Program-made: the position numbers and the translations under genes
Shown: one piece after another, positions 10,056-18,716 of the stretch
How positions within the stretch are numbered: position 1 is the first letter of the stretch
How the letters are laid out: each line of letters starts with the position of its first letter
The notes under the pieces: generated by a model
What the model was told of the DNA's origin: nothing
Seen by the model: only the letters and a program-made list of their open reading frames with translations
Databases searched by the model: none
Assembly: GCA_039630545.1 (NCBI GenBank)
Contig: JBCNUU010000010.1
Coordinates: 1 to 38,157 of the forward strand
Direction of reading: 5' to 3'
From: Endomicrobiia bacterium
GTDB taxonomy: Bacteria > Elusimicrobiota > Endomicrobiia > DTEH01
DNA length: 38,157 bases

Positions 10056-10870
10056 TAGGAAACATTAAGAATAAACAAAAAATTTGATAAGTCGCCAAAT
10101 TTTGAAAAATATTTATAAGCATCTGCCTTATTTAAAGCAACTTCTATATATCCGAAAGAATTTATATAAGCAAGAAGTTCTTTTTCTTTGACTTGAGAAT
10201 AAAATTTATGCAGGCGAACTTTCCATGTTTTAGTGTTACATTTTACTTTAACAAAAAATTTACCATCTGGTTCTTTATTTATAAAATCTTTTTTTAAATT
10301 AGTTATAATATTTCCAAAAGAATCATGAAATAAGTATCTGCCTATATATTCTATACAATTATTTCTCTTAATAACTAAGGGATTTGCAATTTCAAAAATT
10401 TTTACATGTTGAATGTTAATCTTGCAGGCTATTTTTTTAATGTCAACTCCTTTTGAAACATAAGCTGCAACAGGAGACATTATATCTCTTCCATGAAAAG
10501 TATTGCTTATGGGCTTTAAAAAGTATTTATCATTGATAACATTATACACGTCTACTTTATTTTCTCTTATTACTTCAGACAAAACTCCATTATTGGGAGA
10601 AATAAAAATATAATCTGGTGTTCTTAATAAAATTATTTCTCTGTTGCTTCCTACTTCTGGGTCTACTACGCAGATAAATATGCTTCCTTTAGGAAAAAAC
10701 TTATAAGAACTTCCAAGAATAATCATGGCTTGCAGAATGTTTTGAGGTTGAATATTATGACACAAATCTAATATCTCAACGTCTGGGTTTATATTTTTTA
10801 TTACTCCTTTCATCTGACCTACATAAAAGTCATTGCCAAAATCTGTCAAAAGGACTATAAATTTTTTCAT
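10055..10870 (-). CDS. SAM hydroxide adenosyltransferase (DUF62; chlorinase/fluorinase superfamily)
   Basis: LLTDFG, VVDPEVGSNR, SNTFHGRD, DSFGNIITN, NSFGYIEVA; ATG at 10870 overlaps the queE stop. Confidence 0.9.
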   Translation of the reverse strand: MKKFIVLLTDFGNDFYVGQMKGVIKNINPDVEILDLCHNIQPQNILQAMIILGSSYKFFPKGSIFICVVDPEVGSNREIILLRTPDYIFISPNNGVLSEVIRENKVDVYNVINDKYFLKPISNTFHGRDIMSPVAAYVSKGVDIKKIACKINIQHVKIFEIANPLVIKRNNCIEYIGRYLFHDSFGNIITNLKKDFINKEPDGKFFVKVKCNTKTWKVRLHKFYSQVKEKELLAYINSFGYIEVALNKADAYKYFSKFGDLSNFLFILNVS

Positions 10871-11586
10871 TTTATCTTCCAAATTGTTTTATGAAGTTGT
10901 GGTATAATGTATATATTTTTAAGAATATTCTTTAAAGAAGCAAAGAGATTACATAAGTTTAAAAATAAACTTTTATTTTTTTTTCTTAACTCTTCAGTAA
11001 CAGGTTGTAAGACTATTTCTGAAAGATTTGTTTTTTTTATAATACTTTTAATTAATTTAACAGTTTTCAAAGAATAAATTGAACTACCCCCTACTACTAA
11101 CTTAACAAAAAATTTTTTCTTACTTTTTTTGCAAATATCAATACATTTTTTAAACTCTTGAAGAACATTTTTGTTTCTTTTATCATCATCAGGAATTTTT
11201 AAGTCCATTGATATTACATCTATGTATTTTATTATTTTTAATAAGGAATTTGCAACTGACGCATTTGTTTCAAGATATAATTTAAATTTAAACTTCTTTT
11301 TTAATTTATATAGTTGTTCTACTAATAATCCAATATTTGGCTGTATCAACGGTTCGCCTCCTGTTAAACTTATAAATTTTATATTTTTTTCTTTAAGTAA
11401 TTTTTTAATATCTATCAAAACTTTTCTTATATCTACCTTCCTGTTAGTATTCAATTTTGACAACTTTTCATCACAGTAATAACAGTCAAGATTGCAACCA
11501 AAAAATCTTATAAAAATTGTGGGTTCTCCTATATAAAAACCCTCAGCTTGGTAAGAAACAAATATTTCCTTTAAATTTAAATCCAT
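10867..11586 (-). CDS. queE: 7-carboxy-7-deazaguanine synthase (radical SAM)
   Basis: EIFVSYQAEG, FIRFFGCNLDCYYCD (CxxxCxxC), TGGEP, LETN, SMDLK, LQP, PQLHK. Confidence 0.93.
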   Translation of the reverse strand: MDLNLKEIFVSYQAEGFYIGEPTIFIRFFGCNLDCYYCDEKLSKLNTNRKVDIRKVLIDIKKLLKEKNIKFISLTGGEPLIQPNIGLLVEQLYKLKKKFKFKLYLETNASVANSLLKIIKYIDVISMDLKIPDDDKRNKNVLQEFKKCIDICKKSKKKFFVKLVVGGSSIYSLKTVKLIKSIIKKTNLSEIVLQPVTEELRKKNKSLFLNLCNLFASLKNILKNIYIIPQLHKTIWKIK

Positions 11587-11591
11587 AAAAT

Positions 11592-12263
11592 TTACAATAA
11601 AGGATCTTTTAAACCGAGCTTTTCAAAACCAGCTTTTCTATATTTACAAGCATCACATACTCCACAGGGCTTCTTATCCCCTTTATAACAACTCCAAGTA
11701 AGATGTAATGGTACATTTAATTTTACAGCTAGCTTTATTATTTGAGATTTATCATAATTTATAAAAGGAGCAATTATTTTTATTTTCTTCCCAGAAAGTG
11801 CTAATTTGGTTGAAACATTTACCATTTTTTGAAAAGAGTATATAAATTCTTTTCTACAATCAGGATAGCCTGAAAAATCTATTTGATGTGCTCCATAAAA
11901 AATATAATTTATCTTTGTTACCTCGGCTAATGAGACAGCGTAACTTAAAAATATCATATTTCTTGCAGGCACATAAGTAGATGGAATTTTGTTGTTTTCA
12001 AACTTCAGATTTTTATGAACGGGTATTTTTTGCTTTTTGTCTATTAAACTGCTTCCTTTCCATGGAAGGTCGATTTTTACGATGTAATACTTAAGATTTA
12101 AATTTTTTGCTATTTTTTTAGCATAGTTTATTTCTTTTTTATGTCTCTGTCCATAATCAAATATTATACATAAAGGTTCAAATTTTTTGTGTAAAAGGTA
12201 ATAAAGAGTGGTAGTAGAATCTAACCCACCAGAAAGTAAAATTATGCATTTTTTATTCTTCAT
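11592..12263 (-). CDS. queC: 7-cyano-7-deazaguanine synthase
   Basis: SGGLDS, FDYGQRH, TYVPARN, YPDCR, TWSCY..PCGVCDAC. Confidence 0.97.
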   Translation of the reverse strand: MKNKKCIILLSGGLDSTTTLYYLLHKKFEPLCIIFDYGQRHKKEINYAKKIAKNLNLKYYIVKIDLPWKGSSLIDKKQKIPVHKNLKFENNKIPSTYVPARNMIFLSYAVSLAEVTKINYIFYGAHQIDFSGYPDCRKEFIYSFQKMVNVSTKLALSGKKIKIIAPFINYDKSQIIKLAVKLNVPLHLTWSCYKGDKKPCGVCDACKYRKAGFEKLGLKDPLL

Positions 12264-12630
12264 AACTAGCTAGTTGATTTGGAGTTTCCCACACTATTAC
12301 TTTAATGTTATCTATATTTTTATATCTTTTAAGGAATTTTTTTACATTTTCATGAATATATCTTGCTATATTCTCAGCTGTTGGCTGAAAATTTTTAAAA
12401 TACTTTACTTCTTTGTTTAATAACTTATGATCAAGAGTATCTAACACCTTTTTTAAAATTTTTTTTAGTTTAGAAAAATCTATTACCATACCTAACCTAT
12501 TTAACTGTGTACTACTTACGTAAACTCCAACTTTCCAGTTATGGCCATGTAAATTCTCACATTTACCCTTGTACATTTTAAGATAATGTGCAGAAGAAAA
12601 TTGTGATTCTACATATACTTCGTATTTCAT
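12253..12630 (-). CDS. queD: 6-carboxy-5,6,7,8-tetrahydropterin synthase
   Basis: FSSAH, CENLHGHNW, GMVIDF, LDHKLLN, PTAENIA, WET. Confidence 0.95.
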   Translation of the reverse strand: MKYEVYVESQFSSAHYLKMYKGKCENLHGHNWKVGVYVSSTQLNRLGMVIDFSKLKKILKKVLDTLDHKLLNKEVKYFKNFQPTAENIARYIHENVKKFLKRYKNIDNIKVIVWETPNQLASYEE

Positions 12631-13502
12631 AAACATTTAGAGATATTTACTTTTTTGACATAGCTTATTTTTCTATTTAGTAATAACTCTCCAATGTTTG
12701 CAAAATTTTTCGGATCGTCTGTTACAAAAAATCTATAAACAGGCTGTTTTGTAGTAGTATTTAACAAATTCTTCTTTGTAAGAATTTCTTTTACTGCTAA
12801 AGCAGTTTCTATTGCAGAATCCACAACTTTCACATTTTGTCCTAAGATATCTTGAATTACTATTTTAATAGCTGGATAATGTGTGCAACCCAAAATTAAC
12901 ACATCTATGCCTTTTTCTTTTAATGGACTCAAATACTCTAAAGCAACCTGCCTTATTATATTTTCGTGGTTTATACTTTTAAGATAGTAATCTTTATCTT
13001 TATAATATAGTTTATCAATCCATCCTTCTTCTATCAACGGAACAAATAAAGGTGTTGGCTGTGCATATATTTTAACATTTTTAATATATTTTTTTATTTT
13101 TTTCTCATATGCTCTACTTTTAATTGTAGCTTTTGTGCCTATTATTCCAATTGTTTTGTTTTTTGTTAAATTCACTGCTGCACGAGCACCGTTAGTTACA
13201 ACATCTATAATTTCTATTCTTTTAAACATTTTTTTAAGAACAGGTATGGCATATGAAGACGATGTGTTACAGGCTACTACCAATAATTTTATTTTATTTT
13301 TTATTAAGAATTTAGCATTTTCTATAGAATATTTTATTATGGTATCCCTTGACTTATTGCCATAAGGAACTCTTGCTGTATCACCGAGGTATACTATATT
13401 TTCATTTGGCAAAAAATTAATAATCTCCTTTACAACAGTCAACCCACCTACTCCAGAATCAAATAAACCTATAGGTTTTTCTTTTTCACTGTTGATCTTC
13501 AT
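12627..13502 (-). CDS. murI: Glutamate racemase
   Basis: FDSGVGGLTV, DTARVPYG, VACNT, LGCTHYP. Confidence 0.97.
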   Translation of the reverse strand: MKINSEKEKPIGLFDSGVGGLTVVKEIINFLPNENIVYLGDTARVPYGNKSRDTIIKYSIENAKFLIKNKIKLLVVACNTSSSYAIPVLKKMFKRIEIIDVVTNGARAAVNLTKNKTIGIIGTKATIKSRAYEKKIKKYIKNVKIYAQPTPLFVPLIEEGWIDKLYYKDKDYYLKSINHENIIRQVALEYLSPLKEKGIDVLILGCTHYPAIKIVIQDILGQNVKVVDSAIETALAVKEILTKKNLLNTTTKQPVYRFFVTDDPKNFANIGELLLNRKISYVKKVNISKCL

Positions 13503-15027
13503 AATACTTTTTTATAGCAGAAAAAATTCCATCAGCAATCAATTGCTGAAAATCTCGTCTTAACAATTTTAATTCTTCGGTAGGGTTAGATATAAATCCT
13601 ACCTCTACTAAAATGGCAGGCATCTGGGCACCTCTAAGTACATAAAAGCCAGCCTGTTTTACACCACGGGGAATTTGTTGAGTCCTAGAAACACACTCGT
13701 TAACTACTAAACTACAAAGTTTAGATGATTCATTAATGAATTCATTTACTATCATGGACCATAAAAGCTTCTGTAATTTCGAAAGTTCTTCTGTCTTTTT
13801 TTCAAATTTTATTACTTCGTTTTCTAACTTTTCAGTAGCAACAGCATCCGGATCTGTTGCCCTTTCAGAAAGAAAATATGCTTCAAGCCCTCTATCTGTA
13901 CCTGATGGTTTTTCTGAGGCATTACAATGAATTGAAATAAATAAATCTGCATTATTGTCATTTGCAAATTTTGTGCGTTTTACTAAAGGAACAAAAATAT
14001 CATCATCTCTTGTAAGTAAAACAGTAAAACCATTCGCTTCAAGTTTTTCTTTTAAAATTTTAGAAATTGATAAATTAATATCCTTTTCTTTACTTCCATA
14101 TTTACCAACTGCTCCCGGATCTTCTCCACCATGTCCAGGATCAATTACAATAATCCTTTTTTTGATAAAATTGCTATCAACATTAACAGTTGGATATGTA
14201 TTATTTGGATCTGAAGAACTTAAATCATTTTTTTCTTCAGTAAAAATTTTTGCGTTTCTAGCTATTTCTGTTGTGTCTTCGAAATCTATCTTATATATTT
14301 CTAGAATTATTTTATCTTTAAACTCTTCTCTTTTTATTTCAACTCTTTGATTTGTATAAATTTCAACTACAGACTCTCCGTTTTGCTGGGATAATTTTAT
14401 TTTAGAAATTACACTTCCAAAAATCCTGTATTCTTTAGGCTGTAGCTTTTCATTAAAAAAGGTTAAAACAATCTTTTCATCTTCATATAAATATTCGTAT
14501 TGCAAAGCAGAAGTTGATTTTATTTCTATTAAAGCTTTGTCTTTAACAACATAATAACTTACTGATATAGTGTCTAACCAGTTTATTATTAATGTATTTT
14601 CATCTTTTCTAAACTGAGTATCAATATTTAAAATTTTAAGAAATACATTATTGTTAAGTATACTAATAGGCACCAAAACTCTGTTTTTGAAATTTATAAT
14701 CTCAGATGGTAAATAAAATTTTTGTTTTGACCATATGAAATAATTTTTGTTAATATAAAAGTATATTTTTTCTTTCCTGCAATTAAAACTTATGTATTTG
14801 CCTTTTGAATAATAAGTTAAAGTTGCTTTTAGAATTTTAGACAGATCTTTAATCGTGATATATTTATCTTCTTTACCGGCTATTTTATAAACAGGCAATT
14901 CATATATCTTTTCTACATTTACAATGACTTGTAAAGTGGTAAAAAAATCTACTCGAGAATAAGCATTTAATAAATTATTTAAAATTAAAAAAGTAATTCC
15001 TGCTACAAGTTTTTTAAATTTCTTCAT
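13486..15027 (-). CDS. N-acetylmuramoyl-L-alanine amidase (Amidase_3) with signal peptide and N-terminal AMIN/copper-amine-oxidase-like domains
   Basis: Signal-like MKKFKKLVAGITFLIL (ATG at 15027); IDPGHGGEDPGA, EKDINL, FISIHCNA, FYVLRGAQMPAILVEVGFISN. Confidence 0.92.
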   Translation of the reverse strand: MKKFKKLVAGITFLILNNLLNAYSRVDFFTTLQVIVNVEKIYELPVYKIAGKEDKYITIKDLSKILKATLTYYSKGKYISFNCRKEKIYFYINKNYFIWSKQKFYLPSEIINFKNRVLVPISILNNNVFLKILNIDTQFRKDENTLIINWLDTISVSYYVVKDKALIEIKSTSALQYEYLYEDEKIVLTFFNEKLQPKEYRIFGSVISKIKLSQQNGESVVEIYTNQRVEIKREEFKDKIILEIYKIDFEDTTEIARNAKIFTEEKNDLSSSDPNNTYPTVNVDSNFIKKRIIVIDPGHGGEDPGAVGKYGSKEKDINLSISKILKEKLEANGFTVLLTRDDDIFVPLVKRTKFANDNNADLFISIHCNASEKPSGTDRGLEAYFLSERATDPDAVATEKLENEVIKFEKKTEELSKLQKLLWSMIVNEFINESSKLCSLVVNECVSRTQQIPRGVKQAGFYVLRGAQMPAILVEVGFISNPTEELKLLRRDFQQLIADGIFSAIKKYYEDQQ

Positions 15028-15031
15028 ATGC

Positions 15032-16483
15032 TTAAGGAACAGGTAAATATATAACAAAAGTAGCGCCTTTACCTTTCCCTTCAGACATCACTGTAATTTT
15101 ACCTTTATGATGCAATATAATATCTCTAGTAATAGAAAGACCCATCCCAGCAAATTTGTCTTTACTTTTTGTAGTAAAAAATGGCTCAAAAATCAATTTA
15201 AAATTTTCTTTTTCTATTCCACAACCAGTATCTTGAACTTCTACAGCAACATATTTTTTTGAACTATTTGCTTCTTCATCTAATATTGTAGTATATGTTC
15301 TTATTTTAATAAAGTTATTTTTATTTGTTGTATTTTCTGAAATTGCCTGAATTGAATTATTTATTATATTAAGAAACGCCTGTTGTATATGAGGAACTGA
15401 AACTTTTAGTTTTGGTAATTTTTCATCTAACAAAGTTTGGATCTCTATATTATTTGCTTTAAGTTCACTATCAGCAATAAATAAAGTACTTTTTATTACA
15501 TCATTTATATCTACCTCACTATACTCATATTCTTTCTGTCTAGAAAATTTCAAAAGTGTAGCCACGCTTTCTTTGCATCTTAAAGCAGCTCTTTCTATTT
15601 TTTTAACATGTTCTATTAAAGGAGAATCTGCCGGAAGTTTCTCTAACAAAATCTGTGCTTGACCTAACACTCCAACTAAAGGATTATTAAGTTCATGTGC
15701 AATACCTCCTGCCAATTGCCCAATGTTAGATAATCTATCCATCTGTAAAATTTGTGTCTGTAATGTTTTTAAGCTATTTACCATATGATTAAAAGCTGAA
15801 ATCACTTCTGAAAATTCATCTTTAGTTGAAAAGTCTATAGTTGTATAATTACCTTTAGACAAACTATCAGCAAATCTCACTATGATCTTCAAGGGATTTA
15901 TCAGAGAGTTATATACTTTTACTCCGTAGTTGAAACTAATAAATAGAGAAAAACCTATTACAATAAATGAAATAACCCAGCTTAGAACATATAAAAATTG
16001 AATATTACTTTGTAAAGAATTTATCTGTTTTATGCACATACTTTTTTCTTTATTTATATTATTTGTAAATATTTCATATGCCGAAAGGAAATCATTCATT
16101 GCTATGTTTATTTTCTTAATTCTGTCTTTTTCATTAAATATCTTCTCAGCAATGTTTAACAAAACACTATATTCTTTTTCTACATTACTATAAGGCGTTT
16201 TTTGAATATAAAGATTTATAATTCCTTTAATATGAGTGGTTAATAATACAAAGTTTTCTTTTTCTTTTTCTTCTTGAAGCAATATATAATAATCAAAACG
16301 TAATTTTTGAAATCCAACGGTTTGGATAATACTTTCTAACAATCCCAACCTATCTCTCATTTCTACATATCTTATAAAATTTTTCTGTTGAAGATATAAA
16401 CTCAACACTAACCATAATATTAAAGTAAAAATTAATACTACAAAAACAAAAAATATCATTCTTAATTTCTGTCTTATAGTCAT
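15032..16483 (-). CDS. Membrane sensor histidine kinase (TM-periplasmic-TM-HAMP-HisKA-HATPase, NtrB-like)
   Basis: Two TM segments, HAMP (DEFSEVISAFNHM), H-box IAHELNNPL, N-box NIINNS, DTGCGI, FEPFFTTK, GMGLSI. Confidence 0.93.
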   Translation of the reverse strand: MTIRQKLRMIFFVFVVLIFTLILWLVLSLYLQQKNFIRYVEMRDRLGLLESIIQTVGFQKLRFDYYILLQEEKEKENFVLLTTHIKGIINLYIQKTPYSNVEKEYSVLLNIAEKIFNEKDRIKKINIAMNDFLSAYEIFTNNINKEKSMCIKQINSLQSNIQFLYVLSWVISFIVIGFSLFISFNYGVKVYNSLINPLKIIVRFADSLSKGNYTTIDFSTKDEFSEVISAFNHMVNSLKTLQTQILQMDRLSNIGQLAGGIAHELNNPLVGVLGQAQILLEKLPADSPLIEHVKKIERAALRCKESVATLLKFSRQKEYEYSEVDINDVIKSTLFIADSELKANNIEIQTLLDEKLPKLKVSVPHIQQAFLNIINNSIQAISENTTNKNNFIKIRTYTTILDEEANSSKKYVAVEVQDTGCGIEKENFKLIFEPFFTTKSKDKFAGMGLSITRDIILHHKGKITVMSEGKGKGATFVIYLPVP

Positions 16484-16519
16484 ATTTTTAAAAGTAAGGA
16501 GGGATTAATCTAAAAAAAT

Positions 16520-17236
16520 CTATGTTCTTGAAATTATAATCTCTATACGTCTATTTTTAGCTCTATTTTCTTCAGTATCATTGTTCACAACAGGTTTATG
16601 TTCTCCATAACCTGCTATAGCAAATCTTTCAGGTGGTAAGTTCTTAACTTCTGTAAAATACCTCATCACAGAAATTGCTCTTGCAATAGAAAGTTCCATA
16701 TTATTTGCATATTCTTTTGTTCTAATAGGAACATTATCCGTATGACCTTCTATTATTATTAAATTTGTTGAAGGAAGTGTAGATATCAACTCAGACAAAT
16801 CGTCTAAAACTTTTTTAGCGTTCTCATCTAAGTCTGCCCTACCTGAAGCAAACAATACTGCTCGCTCTGTAAACATAATCCGAATTTTCTGTGCAGTAAT
16901 GTTTACCTGTGCTGCTTCAGACAGCCCTCTTTTTTCCATGTATTCTTTAAGTTTCTGTGCAAATTCTGTCTCTTTTTCTCTTTTTTCAAGCTCTTTTTTT
17001 AACTTTAAATCTAAGTTAGCAACCTGAGCCTGTATTTTATTCATTAAACGTTCATAATTAATATCATTAGAAAAGTAAGTGTAAGCATATAAGACAAAGA
17101 AAAATATCATCAAAAATGTCATAAGATTCCCATAAGGTGTAACCCAACTTTCGGCATCTATCTTGTAATTATCTTCATTTCCTAAAATTTCTAATTTTGA
17201 TTTTATTGTTCTTTTCAGAGTAGTTTTATTATTCAT
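16520..17236 (-). CDS. motB: MotB/PomB-family stator subunit, second copy, with Asn at the conserved ion-binding Asp
   Basis: TM motif WVTPYGNLMTFLMIFFFVLY; OmpA-like PG-binding domain LFASGRA, EGHTDNVPI, NNMELSIARA, GYGEHKP, NRRIEI. Confidence 0.88.
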   Translation of the reverse strand: MNNKTTLKRTIKSKLEILGNEDNYKIDAESWVTPYGNLMTFLMIFFFVLYAYTYFSNDINYERLMNKIQAQVANLDLKLKKELEKREKETEFAQKLKEYMEKRGLSEAAQVNITAQKIRIMFTERAVLFASGRADLDENAKKVLDDLSELISTLPSTNLIIIEGHTDNVPIRTKEYANNMELSIARAISVMRYFTEVKNLPPERFAIAGYGEHKPVVNNDTEENRAKNRRIEIIISRT

Positions 17237-17240
17237 AAAA

Positions 17241-17908
17241 CTATTTTTTAATAATTTTTATCTCTATACGACGATTTTTTGCCTTATTTTCTTCTGTATC
17301 GTTTGGTGCCACCGGCCTATATTCACCATACCCAACACATGAGATTCTTTTTTCTTCTATGCCTTCTTTTATTAAATAATCCCTCACAGAAAAAGCCCTA
17401 GCAGCAGAAAGCTCCCAGTTAGACTTATACTTACCTCCGTAAATAGGGGTATTATCTGTGTGCCCTTCTACTACTATTTCACTAGTAATGGATTTTAAAC
17501 TTTCTGCCACTTCTTTAAGAACAACTAAAGCGGTATCTTTAAGTTCTGCTTTACCTATATCAAATAATACTGGAGAAGGTAAATTTATTACAATTTCTTC
17601 TTCTTTTACCTCTACAGTTGCGATATCTTTAAGCTTTTTTGACAGCTCATCTGTTTGTTCTTCCACTATCTGTTGCTGAGTAACTTCGATTTTCTTACCT
17701 AAATTTGCTAATGCTCGCATAAGCTGTTCTCTTTTTGAAGCACTTAGCCTTGTAAACGCAAATAATATCAAAAAAATAACGCCAGGTTAGTAGACATATC
17801 TGAATAAACTGTTCGCCAGATATTCAAACCTTGTTTTATTTCCTCACTTTCAGTAATTTCTTCTTGGATTTCTTGTTCAATTTCTTCTAATCTGTTTTTT
17901 TCTTCCAT
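17241..17908 (-). CDS. motB: MotB/PomB-family stator subunit, first copy; frameshifted by one missing base in the A7 run at 17770-17776
   Basis: ATG at 17908 reads MEEKNRLEEIEQEIQEEITESEEIKQGLNIWRTVYSDMSTNLALFF then stops. One extra T joins it to LILFAFTR... (ORF 17241-17771), giving 222 aa with EGHTDNTPI, SNWELSAARA, GYGEYRP, NRRIEI. Confidence 0.88.
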
Positions 17909-17910
17909 AA

Positions 17911-18675
17911 TTATTTTTTTCTCTGCCTCATTTTATGTGCTAAAAATGCCTGGAGTCTTCTGCTTACAACAGATGGTAGTTCACCTGCCTGAATTGCTAA
18001 AATACCTTCTATAGCAACCTCTTTAAGTAGTAACTTTTCCTCAGTATAAGCAGCAAGTTTATTAGCAATAGGCAGAAAAATAAAGTTTGTGCCAAATATT
18101 CCATAAAATGTAGTAATCACTGCAACAGCCATAGAAGAACCTATTGCTTCAGGATTTGTAAGATTTTTAAGTACACCCACTACACCTATCAGAGTACAAA
18201 GCAATCCAAATACTGGAGCATAAGCACCCATACCTCTAAAGACTGCATGAATCTGCTGGTGTCTTCTTCTTATAAATGTTATTTCTTTTATTAAGTTTTC
18301 TCTCACAATTTCTGGTGGAAGTCCATCTAATACCATTTGCAGTCCATCTACTAAAAAATGGTCTTTAATTTTAGGCAAACTATCTTGTAAAGAATCCAAT
18401 CCTCCTCGTTTCGCCTCTTCAGCTAAATCAACCAAAAGCCTTATGTACTTTTCTGCTGTCCATCTTTTTTGAGGAAAAAGTGCTAACATCATAGCTTTAG
18501 GAACTCTTTTAAGAATTCGATAAGGATAAGTAAGAAAAGTTGAAGCTATGGTCCCACCCAATACAAGAATTAAAGAAGGAAGGTTATAAATCATGTTTAC
18601 CAATCCACCAGCCTGAAGAGTATAATATACAGCCCAGATACCCAAACCCAACCCAATTACTGTCATCAGATCCAT
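17911..18675 (-). CDS. motA: MotA/PomA-family stator subunit
   Basis: MDLMTVIG, PSLILVLGGT, AKRGGLDSL, FLVDGLQMVLDG, APVFGLLCTLIG, MAVAVITTFYG, FLPIANKL, EGILAIQAGE; SD AAGGAG at 18686-18691. Confidence 0.94.
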   Translation of the reverse strand: MDLMTVIGLGLGIWAVYYTLQAGGLVNMIYNLPSLILVLGGTIASTFLTYPYRILKRVPKAMMLALFPQKRWTAEKYIRLLVDLAEEAKRGGLDSLQDSLPKIKDHFLVDGLQMVLDGLPPEIVRENLIKEITFIRRRHQQIHAVFRGMGAYAPVFGLLCTLIGVVGVLKNLTNPEAIGSSMAVAVITTFYGIFGTNFIFLPIANKLAAYTEEKLLLKEVAIEGILAIQAGELPSVVSRRLQAFLAHKMRQRKK

Positions 18676-18716
18676 AATTTTTACTCTCCTTTCTTAAATA
18701 TGTAAAAGAACAAAAA

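Noticed and set aside
10055..10870. Fluorinase or chlorinase
   Set aside because: Has the TFHGRD His and the Asp/Arg of the hydrolase subgroup; no halometabolite genes nearby
8461..12630. Deazaguanine DNA-modification (dpd) island
   Set aside because: No dpdA/tgt-like gene or helicases; queF is present and the context is housekeeping, consistent with tRNA queuosine synthesis
17241..17771. ORF-track 176-aa OmpA-only protein starting at TTG
   Set aside because: The upstream frame from ATG 17908 supplies the MotB N-terminus and the W..YSD TM motif, so the TTG start is an artefact of the frameshift
16520..18675. Zorya (ZorAB) anti-phage system, or ExbBD/TolQR
   Set aside because: MotA is 254 aa and flagellar-type with no long ZorA tail; there are no zorC/D/E, tonB or tolA neighbours; both B subunits have OmpA-like domains and a FliG-domain gene is adjacent
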